A DNA stretch of 64,000 nt, taken from positions 8,358-72,357 of the forward strand of contig JAHFSZ010000002.1 in NCBI GenBank assembly GCA_023265515.1, given 5' to 3'. This document shows positions 46,637-54,202 of the stretch, piece after piece. Each line of letters opens with the position of its first letter. The first letter of the stretch is position 1. The stretch comes from Verrucomicrobiota bacterium (lineage in GTDB: Bacteria; Verrucomicrobiota; Verrucomicrobiia; JABWAM01; JAHFSZ01). The translations under genes and the position numbers were made by a program. Under the pieces are notes generated by a model. The model did no database searches and had not been told where the DNA came from. It was given only the letters and a program-made list of their open reading frames with translations.

Positions 46637-47488
46637 TTACTCGTACTCGCCGCCCTGACTTTGGCCAGCCCCGGCAGATGCCTCCCTGGCCTGCTTGGCC
46701 TGTTCGGCGATCCAGGCATCATACTGCTCCTGGGTTTCCACCGTCACGAATCCTCGCATCCGGTAATGGCCAAGGCCGCAAAGCTGGGCACACATGATCT
46801 CATACTCAAATTTATCGTTGCCGAGCTTCTTGCGCATGTCTTCGGTCGTAACCGTCGGTTTGAACCAGATGGGAACACGCATGCCAGGGATTGCGTCCTG
46901 ACACGCACGCATCTCCCGAAGCGCGAAGCTGTGAATGACATCCTTGGACGTGATCAAAATAGTGGCATCGCGATTGACCGGCAAATGGAGCTGATTCATC
47001 ATGACAATGTCGTCTTGGGCGGCCGGATCGGTCCGGTCGAGACCAATCGGATTGTCGGGATTCACGAGCTTGAGTTCCTGACGCCCGAATTTTCCGTCAG
47101 GACCAGGATATTGGATGTTCCAGGCAAACTGCTCCGCGATGACGTGGATTTGAACCGACTGGTCCCCCGGCGGAAACTCGTTGACGCGCTTGGCCCAAAG
47201 AGGAAAGGCCAGGAAGAGCAGCAACACGGCCTCCGTGACGATGACACCCACCTCCACGAATGTCGGATGATGACCCCGGAAACCGATGTAATCCGCTTTG
47301 GGGTGCTTCGAACGGCGGAAACGCCACAGAATGGTCAAAAAGAAAAACGTCCAGCCGACGAACAGCGCCAGCATGAACAGGTGGACATAGTTAAGCAATG
47401 AATCGATGCTGGCGGCATGCTCCGAAGCCGCGGGAGCGATTCCGATCCACTGATTCACATCCAATAAATCTTTTAACTTATCAATCAT
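46637..47488 (-). CDS. coxB: cytochrome c oxidase subunit II
   Basis: Two TMs, QFAW, DVIHSF, CuA motif CAQLCGLGHYRM; no fused cytochrome c. Confidence 0.95.
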   Translation of the reverse strand: MIDKLKDLLDVNQWIGIAPAASEHAASIDSLLNYVHLFMLALFVGWTFFFLTILWRFRRSKHPKADYIGFRGHHPTFVEVGVIVTEAVLLLFLAFPLWAKRVNEFPPGDQSVQIHVIAEQFAWNIQYPGPDGKFGRQELKLVNPDNPIGLDRTDPAAQDDIVMMNQLHLPVNRDATILITSKDVIHSFALREMRACQDAIPGMRVPIWFKPTVTTEDMRKKLGNDKFEYEIMCAQLCGLGHYRMRGFVTVETQEQYDAWIAEQAKQAREASAGAGQSQGGEYE

Positions 47489-47531
47489 CGACTCTCCTCA
47501 CTCTCTTCTCCTTTTCAAAATATCAATCATA

Positions 47532-47822
47532 TCATGGAATCCTCACGTTTTTCATCCGCAGGATGCCGAGCTCCTTGGGACCACCGATGATGAACATTTT
47601 GGACCGCTTGAAAAGATAGAAAAAGAATACGCCGATGGCGCTCAGAACCATGCCGGAAACCATCAGCAGTGCGATGATCCCGACATTCATCCCCTGCGTC
47701 ATGGAGGAGTTCGGATCGCCAAAGCAGACTGCGCACGCCACCAACTTGCTCGGCCAGGCCGCCAGAAACATCGCCGTAATCATTGCCGCTCTCATGCTTT
47801 TCTTTAAATTTATCACATCCAT
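47532..47822 (-). CDS. small membrane protein with CxxC (CAVC) motif
   Basis: Signal-like N-terminus, ACAVCFGDP, then one TM; lies inside the cox operon. Confidence 0.7.
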   Translation of the reverse strand: MDVINLKKSMRAAMITAMFLAAWPSKLVACAVCFGDPNSSMTQGMNVGIIALLMVSGMVLSAIGVFFFYLFKRSKMFIIGGPKELGILRMKNVRIP

Positions 47823-48019
47823 GGCATATTTTTAAGCTTTCGATAAACCACGATCCCATACCGGATCAGGCCTGCACCCGCACCGAATGCTACAACACCC
47901 GCCAGAAGGTAAAGCCCTCCCCGCTTGTCCAAAAACTGCCCGACGCTCCAAATGCCGAAGCCGAATGTCAGGAGCGTCGAGCAGGCAATGAACACGAGGT
48001 GGAGGGTTTTGAGGGACAT
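47813..48019 (-). CDS. small two-TM membrane protein
   Basis: MSLKTLHLVFI..., two hydrophobic helices; tightly spaced within the operon. Confidence 0.65.
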   Translation of the reverse strand: MSLKTLHLVFIACSTLLTFGFGIWSVGQFLDKRGGLYLLAGVVAFGAGAGLIRYGIVVYRKLKNMPWM

Positions 48020-48022
48020 GGT

Positions 48023-48400
48023 TCAATGGCCATGCTCTTCGGCCGGCGCCGGAGCGCTCTGCCGGAACAATGGACCCGGGGTTGAGGATGAGGTCCTGAT
48101 TTCGTCCTTCAGCGACCAGAGCGTCAGCGCCATCAAGCCCGTGAAAAAGATCGCCGTGAAAATCATCACCTTGAAAATGACGGCCATCTTTACAAACATG
48201 TCCCAGAACAGATGCATGAAGATGCTGGCCACCAACGCGGCCTTCAACGTCGCGATGATCAAGGCAACAACAATGTTTCCCGAGTGTCCGAAATGGATGT
48301 AGGACACTCCCACTGTCACGCCGGTCAGGACGATCAACGACACCCCGACGATCATGTACCATGAAACGTGTTTTTTGATGGCTTTAACCGTATCGCTCAT
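48023..48400 (-). CDS. cytochrome c oxidase subunit IV (prokaryotic)
   Basis: Y..V..L.VLT..TV, IA..KA.LV..FMHL; AGGAG ribosome-binding site before MSDTVK. Confidence 0.88.
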   Translation of the reverse strand: MSDTVKAIKKHVSWYMIVGVSLIVLTGVTVGVSYIHFGHSGNIVVALIIATLKAALVASIFMHLFWDMFVKMAVIFKVMIFTAIFFTGLMALTLWSLKDEIRTSSSTPGPLFRQSAPAPAEEHGH

Positions 48401-48413
48401 ATTTTCTCCTATC

Positions 48414-49220
48414 TCACAGCAGATAAAGGACTGGGAAAAGAAAAATCCAGACCAGATCGACGAAATGCCAGAAGAGTCCGGACACCTCAACGCGATTGGT
48501 TAGTCGCTCCGGGTTGCTCTTCCACATTTCCGCGGAATTGTTGTTCTTCCATATCAGGACCGCCAGGAAAAAGATTCCGAGCGGCAGGCCAAAGATCCCC
48601 AGCCAGGCGGCGCCCGCAATGAAAGCCGCGCCTCCCCCCGTAGCCGTGTCGTGCATGGGTCCAAAAATGGCCATGTACAAAATCGTCAACGCAACGGTCA
48701 CCAGCGCCGTGCATGCGCCACGCCCAAACAGGTATGCGTTGACAACCATTCCCCCGAACACGTGCAAGGCGTGCAAACCGGTGAGTGTGAAATAAATCGC
48801 ATAAAACGTATGCGTCTCCGGGAAGTGATGGTGGTGGAACTTGCCATAGTATTCGAAGGACTTCACGCCGAGGAAGATCAGCCCGCAGAGAATGGTCAAC
48901 CCCAGGAAAATCCGGAACCAGTCGAAGTGGTCGATCTTGAGGTTGAACATCGTGAAGTTCGGTATCTTCAGCGCGGCCCAGGCCATCACCATCGTCATTG
49001 AAGAGAGAATCAGCACAGCCGTGTTAAACGTCCCGATCGGGATGTTCAGGTCGAAATCACGACCCGGCATCCAGTTGAACGACCCGACACGAAGCACAAT
49101 GTACGTTGAAAAAAGGGCGCCAAAAAGCATGACTTCGGAAGCCAGGAAAAGCCAGATTCCGACCTTCGCGTTATAGAGGCCGGTGTCCGGCCGTTCCTGA
49201 ATGGTGTAGGGTATATCCAT
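48414..49220 (-). CDS. coxC: cytochrome c oxidase subunit III
   Basis: GIWLFLASEVMLF, NTAVLILSS, YFTLTGLHALHV, WHFVDLVWIFLF. Confidence 0.93.
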   Translation of the reverse strand: MDIPYTIQERPDTGLYNAKVGIWLFLASEVMLFGALFSTYIVLRVGSFNWMPGRDFDLNIPIGTFNTAVLILSSMTMVMAWAALKIPNFTMFNLKIDHFDWFRIFLGLTILCGLIFLGVKSFEYYGKFHHHHFPETHTFYAIYFTLTGLHALHVFGGMVVNAYLFGRGACTALVTVALTILYMAIFGPMHDTATGGGAAFIAGAAWLGIFGLPLGIFFLAVLIWKNNNSAEMWKSNPERLTNRVEVSGLFWHFVDLVWIFLFPVLYLL

Positions 49221-49282
49221 AATGATTTCCGATCACTCCTAAGCCGTGTGGCGTATATCCATGATGATTCCTGATCACTCCT
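49211..49282. repeat. 30-bp direct repeat of the coxI-stop/RBS/coxIII-start junction, enclosing the mini-ORF MDIRHTA* (49262-49239, minus strand)
   Basis: GTATATCCATAATGATTTCCGATCACTCCT (49211-49240) vs GTATATCCATGATGATTCCTGATCACTCCT (49253-49282). Confidence 0.75.
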
Positions 49283-51065
49283 GAGGTTGTGTCTGAGGTG
49301 TAAAATCCCTGGCGGCGCCCGGCACGCTGTATTCATAAGCGGTCCTGTAAACCGTCGGCAGCGTGGGCCAGTTGCCATGCGGCGGCGGGGTGGCCGTCGA
49401 CCACTCCAATGTCGTGGCCTCCCATGGGTTGTCCGATGCCTTCTCGCCCAGCTTCATCGAGACGATAAAGTTGATCAGGAACGGAATCTGGAACAGCGCC
49501 AGAGTCCATGCCGCCATCGACATGAAAATGTTCCAGTGCAGGGTCGGCTCCGCCAGCAGGTACGTTGCGCCGCCATCGTAGAGGCGCCGCGAGACGCCTT
49601 GCATTCCCTGGATCATCATCGGCGCGAAAATGCAGTTCATGCAGACAAACGATCCCCAGAAGTGGAGCTTGCCGAGCGATTCGTTCATCTTACGGCCTGT
49701 CGCCTTTGGATACCAATGGTAGAGCCCGGCGAAGAGGGCGAAGATCGTGCCCGGCGCGACCACGTAGTGGAAATGGCCGATCACGTAATAAGTATCGTGC
49801 AGGAACAAGTCGATGGCATTGAACGCAAGCGGCAGTCCCGTCAGACCCCCGATCCCGAACATCGGCAGGAAGCCCACCGCGAACAGCATCGAACTCGTGA
49901 ACCGGATCGACCCGCCCCAAAGCGACAGGATGAGGCATGTCAGCAGAAGGACCGACGGCACTGAGATCAGGACGGTCGTCGTTTGAAAGAAGACGCTGAT
50001 CCTCGATCCCATACCCGTCATGTACATGTGGTGCGCCCAAACGATGAACGAGAGAAAACCAATGGTGAGAGTCGAAAAAACCAGCGCCCGGTACCCCCAG
50101 ATCGGCCTGCGCGCGTTCGCAGCGATGACTTCAGCGACAATTCCCATGGCCGGAAGGATCAACACGTACACCTCGGGGTGGCCGAGAAACCAGAAAAGGT
50201 GCTGCCAGAGAAGCGACGTGCCTCCCCCACTCCGCGCATAGCCCGCGATCACGTTCGATTTTGCCGCCACCACGAGACCTTCCGGCAGAAAGAAGCTCGT
50301 CCCCGCCAGACGGTCCATCAACTGCATGATACCGGCCGCTTCGAGCGGTGGGAATGCGAGCACCAGCAAAAACGACGTCATGAGTTGCGCCCAGACAAAG
50401 TACGGAAGCCGCATCCATGTCATCCCGGGTGCGCGGCACTGGATGATCGTACTGATGAAATTAATCGCGCCCAGCAGCGACGAAGTGATCAGGAAGACCA
50501 TTCCAATGATCCAGAGCGTCTGGCCGGTCGGGGCAATCACCGCCAGCGGTGTGTAGGATGTCCAGCCCGACTGGGCGGCGCCGCCCGGAGCCCAGAAGCT
50601 GGCCAGCATCACCACGCCCCCGACGAAATACGACCAGTAACTGGCGGCGTTGATCTTTGGAAACACCATGTCCGGTGAGCCGATCTGCAGTGGAATGACA
50701 AAGTTGCCGAATGCCGCAAAGGCCAGCGGCACAATCCCGAGGAAGATCATGATCGTGCCGTGCATGGCCCCGAGCGCGTTGTAGAACTCGGGCACCATGA
50801 TGCCGCCCGGCATGCTGCTGTCCCCCAGCACCGAAGCAATCAACTTGCCCAGGACGGGAAGAGGCCTGCCGGGATAGGCAAGCTGCCAGCGCATCAGCAT
50901 CACCAGGCCGAAGCCGAAGAGCAGGAAAAAGAAGGCGGTGAACATGTACTGGTAGCCGATCACCTTGTGGTCTGTCGCGAAGATGTATTTGCGCCAAAAC
51001 GGCATTGGATCGTGATGCGCGTCCTTTGCGTCGTGATGCGGCTGTTCTTTCGTGATCGTATCCAT
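49275..51065 (-). CDS. coxA: cytochrome c oxidase subunit I (A1-type heme-copper oxidase)
   Basis: TDHKVIG, MHG, PDMVFP, WFLGHPEVY, VWAHHM, HDTYYVIGHFHYV, RR; start MDTITKE at 51065. Confidence 0.97.
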   Translation of the reverse strand: MDTITKEQPHHDAKDAHHDPMPFWRKYIFATDHKVIGYQYMFTAFFFLLFGFGLVMLMRWQLAYPGRPLPVLGKLIASVLGDSSMPGGIMVPEFYNALGAMHGTIMIFLGIVPLAFAAFGNFVIPLQIGSPDMVFPKINAASYWSYFVGGVVMLASFWAPGGAAQSGWTSYTPLAVIAPTGQTLWIIGMVFLITSSLLGAINFISTIIQCRAPGMTWMRLPYFVWAQLMTSFLLVLAFPPLEAAGIMQLMDRLAGTSFFLPEGLVVAAKSNVIAGYARSGGGTSLLWQHLFWFLGHPEVYVLILPAMGIVAEVIAANARRPIWGYRALVFSTLTIGFLSFIVWAHHMYMTGMGSRISVFFQTTTVLISVPSVLLLTCLILSLWGGSIRFTSSMLFAVGFLPMFGIGGLTGLPLAFNAIDLFLHDTYYVIGHFHYVVAPGTIFALFAGLYHWYPKATGRKMNESLGKLHFWGSFVCMNCIFAPMMIQGMQGVSRRLYDGGATYLLAEPTLHWNIFMSMAAWTLALFQIPFLINFIVSMKLGEKASDNPWEATTLEWSTATPPPHGNWPTLPTVYRTAYEYSVPGAARDFTPQTQPQE

Positions 51066-51121
51066 GTGCTTCTTTTTCCTTTTCTTTTTGAAACGCCCTT
51101 CTCTAAAAAATCCTTTTGCTT

Positions 51122-52027
51122 CTAAGGTCGAATCTTGTCGAATACCATCAGGCTCAGCAGGACGGGCAGGTAAACGATCGAGGCACCGAAAAGCCACCAG
51201 GCACTCGAGTTCGTCTTCTTCCGGTTGAACCGGACTGCAAACCCCAGAAACACCGAGCTCAGGACCAGGGCGGACAGAAAATAAACAGCCCCCGAAAGTC
51301 CCAGGATGCTCGGCATCAGGCTGATCGGCAGCAACATCATCGCATGAAAAACCGACAGCCTGCCCGTGCTGGCCCCGTCCGGATCGACCACCGGCAGCAT
51401 CGAAAACCCGCCCGCCTTGTAGTCCTCCTGATAGATCCACGCAATCGAAAAAAAGTGCGGCATCTGCCAGAAGAATATGATCGCGAAAAGGATCCATCCC
51501 TCCGGCGTCAGCTCACCACGCGCGCCGGCCCAGCCGATGATCGGCGGCAGCGCGCCCGGCACCGCACCCACAATGGTGTTGAGCCAGGTCAAGCGCTTCA
51601 GGGGCGTGTAGATAAATAGGTAGCTAACCAACGTGAAGCCGGCCAGGAGACTGGCCAGGGCGTTCACCGAGACGGCCAAGTAGATCACTCCGATCAGAGA
51701 GACCGCCGCGCCGAAAACAAAAGCCTCCTGCGGCTGCATCCGCCCTGAGGGCAGCGGCCGGTTCTTGGTCCGCGGCATTTTCGCGTCCGCGTCGCGCTCC
51801 AGCCATTGGTTGAGAGCCGCCGCCCCGCTGGCAACGAGCGCAGTGGCGAACAGAGTATGGATCATCAGGCCGACATCGATAACGCCCCGGGAGCCCATAT
51901 AGAAACCGACCAGCGTCGTCATCAGGACCAGAAACGTGAGCCGTGCCTTCACCAGCTCGGAATAGTCCGCCGCGAGGCCCCTCAGGAGCATGCCAAGTTT
52001 GGCGTCGGTAACCGCGGCTGCTTTCAT
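51122..52027 (-). CDS. ctaB: protoheme IX farnesyltransferase (heme O synthase)
   Basis: ELVKAR, ALNQ..ERD.D..M.RT..RPLPSGR, YTPLKR, GAVPGALPP, WQMPHF. Confidence 0.95.
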   Translation of the reverse strand: MKAAAVTDAKLGMLLRGLAADYSELVKARLTFLVLMTTLVGFYMGSRGVIDVGLMIHTLFATALVASGAAALNQWLERDADAKMPRTKNRPLPSGRMQPQEAFVFGAAVSLIGVIYLAVSVNALASLLAGFTLVSYLFIYTPLKRLTWLNTIVGAVPGALPPIIGWAGARGELTPEGWILFAIIFFWQMPHFFSIAWIYQEDYKAGGFSMLPVVDPDGASTGRLSVFHAMMLLPISLMPSILGLSGAVYFLSALVLSSVFLGFAVRFNRKKTNSSAWWLFGASIVYLPVLLSLMVFDKIRP

Positions 52028-53088
52028 CCGGCCATCCCCATTTTTTGTATTTCCGCTTCTGAATTCTGGATCCCCAAGGCCCACGCCGGATTTCCTTCCC
52101 GGGATGCCACGCAGCAAACCAGAATGATGGAGAGGAGCGAGCCCGCCAGCAGGGTCAGGGAGCCAACGACAACATGGGCCGTGGCGATGTCGGCCGCTTT
52201 ATTGGTCCAGATGGTCGAAGCCCCGAGAACGATCTGCGCTGCCACCAGGCCCACCCAGATCACGGAAAGCCCGCGCAGGACAGGATTCAGACCGTTGGTC
52301 TTGCAGATCCGCCGTGCACTCCAGACGACTCCGGCCAGAATCAGGAATGCCGCGATTCGATGGACAAATTGAAGGGCAATTTGAAAGGCCGTGGTCGCCG
52401 GCAAATCCATCCATTGGATCCGCTCCAAGTTGATGCGCGCAAGCGATACGGCGTCCATCGGCGGGATGAGCCGGCCATAAGCGAGCGGGAAATCGTTGAT
52501 CGACAGGCCGGTATGCTGGTGCCGCATCGACGCCCCCAAAATCAATTGAATGAAGATCAAGATTGTCGTGCCAAGAGCCAGCCGCCTGAGCGCATGGCAA
52601 CCCGCGATCGGATGTTTCCGCAAGGAAAATCGCGACCACCAGCGCGTCGTGAAGAGGCCGATGGCGCCAACCAGCACGAAGAACCCTTGGGCGAGGCATG
52701 CGTGGACAATCCCGATCTCATCCTTAAGCCAAACCACACGCAGACCGCCGAGCACCCCCTGCAACACAACGGCCAGAAACGCAATCCAGCCGAGCTTTCG
52801 CATCCAGGGCCGCCGGTCTTTCCACGCGATCCAGCCGGCCAGCACCGCCGTCAAAAGGCCTACCGTCGAGGCGACCAAGCGGTGCGAATGTTCATAAAAA
52901 ACGCCGCCCACCATCTTGGAAAAAGGAAAAAGGAACATGTTATAGCCGTAGGTGGTCGGCCAATCCGGAACCGCCAAACCGACGCCCTTGCTCGTCACCA
53001 CTCCGCCAACGCCGATCAAAACCAGCGTCACGCCCGCCGTGAAAACGGCGAACCGGTTGAGCCATGGATGATATTCCGCACTGCCCAT
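52024..53088 (-). CDS. ctaA: heme A synthase (COX15/CtaA)
   Basis: GG.VTS..VGLAVPDWP, EHSHR, QG.LGG, conserved His residues in TMs; start uncertain. Confidence 0.9.
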   Translation of the reverse strand: MGSAEYHPWLNRFAVFTAGVTLVLIGVGGVVTSKGVGLAVPDWPTTYGYNMFLFPFSKMVGGVFYEHSHRLVASTVGLLTAVLAGWIAWKDRRPWMRKLGWIAFLAVVLQGVLGGLRVVWLKDEIGIVHACLAQGFFVLVGAIGLFTTRWWSRFSLRKHPIAGCHALRRLALGTTILIFIQLILGASMRHQHTGLSINDFPLAYGRLIPPMDAVSLARINLERIQWMDLPATTAFQIALQFVHRIAAFLILAGVVWSARRICKTNGLNPVLRGLSVIWVGLVAAQIVLGASTIWTNKAADIATAHVVVGSLTLLAGSLLSIILVCCVASREGNPAWALGIQNSEAEIQKMGMAG

Positions 53089-53158
53089 TTCTGAGTTTGA
53101 AACCTCCGCAAAAACGAAAACCTTATACCGTGCCATCGGACGGGGGCAATCACTTTGT

Positions 53159-53398
53159 GGAGCCCCACGGCCTGACGGTTATGGCTCCTTTTGTTACGGC
53201 GAGGCGAACACCTCGCCGAAGCGCCGCGCCTTACACTCCGCCCTTACCCACCAGGCTTCGCCGGCGAGGCGAGCGGACGGGGCTTGCGTGGAGGCGGGTG
53301 AAACGTTTCACAAAGTCGCGGACTTCCTTGGTCGCAAACTTTTGGGTATTTCCAACTCTCTCGGCAGTCCGGCGAAGCCGGACTGCTCTGGGAGGTTG
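53159..53398. other. structured intergenic region with several GC-rich stem-loops
   Basis: GGAGCC..GGCTCC (53159-53188), CGGCGAGG-6-CCTCGCCG (53197-53218), GCAGTCCGGC-GAA-GCCGGACTGC (53364-53386). Confidence 0.6.
53296..53313. promoter_or_regulatory. Rex/CRP-like palindromic operator (second copy)
   Basis: Minus strand TTGTGAAACGTTTCACCC, two mismatches from TTGTGAA-N4-TTCACAA; upstream of ctaA-ctaB-cox. Confidence 0.5.
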
Positions 53399-53430
53399 CC
53401 AGCTCTTAAGGCCCTGCCTTCGAGCGGGAG

Positions 53431-54138
53431 TTAGGTCTTAGGTTTAAAGATAAAATCGGGGGCCTTGGCCTCACCCGCCTCGACCTTGATCTTCTGGGTC
53501 AACGTGCCGCCCTTGTGGTGCCACGCCTCAAGCGTGTACTCACCCGGCGGCAGGCCCGTGATGGTGAAACTGCCATCCTCCTTCGTCACCGCATAGAATG
53601 GATGATCCAACACACCCACGTAGGCAAACATCCATGGATGGACGTCGCATTTGAACTGGACCATCACTTCCGGCTTCGTAAAGACCTTCTCGCTTTTCAT
53701 TCCCTTGACCGGCTGGCCGAGATTAAATTCCGGATTGTTCTTTGCCATGCAATGCACGTTATGCAGCGTGCTGTCGTCGTTCTGAATCTGCAGCAGCTGG
53801 CCCACCTGGATGCCCATGACGTACGGCACGTAGAGGCAGTTTTGCTGATCAAGCAGTTTTGCCTCCTTGGGAACGGGAAAGGTTTTGCCTGCGAGACCAT
53901 CCTTGACGTAGACGAACACGTTCGCCAGGCCGCCTCCGGGTCCGACGATGTAATGCTTCGTGGTAACCCCTGTCGCGTGGGTCTTGGCACAATAAGGATC
54001 GGCGTCCATCTTGATCGCTTTCTCGGCCGGAGCCGCCCCCTGAAGAATCGCCTTGCCGCTAATCGACCCTTGGGCAAATGCCATCCCGCTTGTCACCAAC
54101 AATGCTCCTGTTGCAATCCATATTCCTGTCTTTTTCAT
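53431..54138 (-). CDS. periplasmic protein with cupredoxin-like Cu site and carboxypeptidase-regulatory-like domain (paralog of 45830-46612)
   Basis: Sec signal (AFA|Q), IKMDADPYC, LHNVH, CDVHPWM, LEAWH. Confidence 0.82.
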   Translation of the reverse strand: MKKTGIWIATGALLVTSGMAFAQGSISGKAILQGAAPAEKAIKMDADPYCAKTHATGVTTKHYIVGPGGGLANVFVYVKDGLAGKTFPVPKEAKLLDQQNCLYVPYVMGIQVGQLLQIQNDDSTLHNVHCMAKNNPEFNLGQPVKGMKSEKVFTKPEVMVQFKCDVHPWMFAYVGVLDHPFYAVTKEDGSFTITGLPPGEYTLEAWHHKGGTLTQKIKVEAGEAKAPDFIFKPKT

Positions 54139-54202
54139 ATCATGACCTCTTTTTTCCTTATCTTTTTTGGTTCAGTTTGATGTTTCAGTTAAAAAAACAG
54201 CT

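Noticed and set aside
49275..51497. Apparent 740-aa CoxI
   Set aside because: The first ~144 aa overlap ctaB in another frame; the credible start is 51065.
53160..53290. SRP, 6S or tRNA-like RNA in the structured spacer
   Set aside because: No SRP helix-8 motif, tRNA T-loop/CCA or other recognisable family signature; kept only as an unassigned structure.
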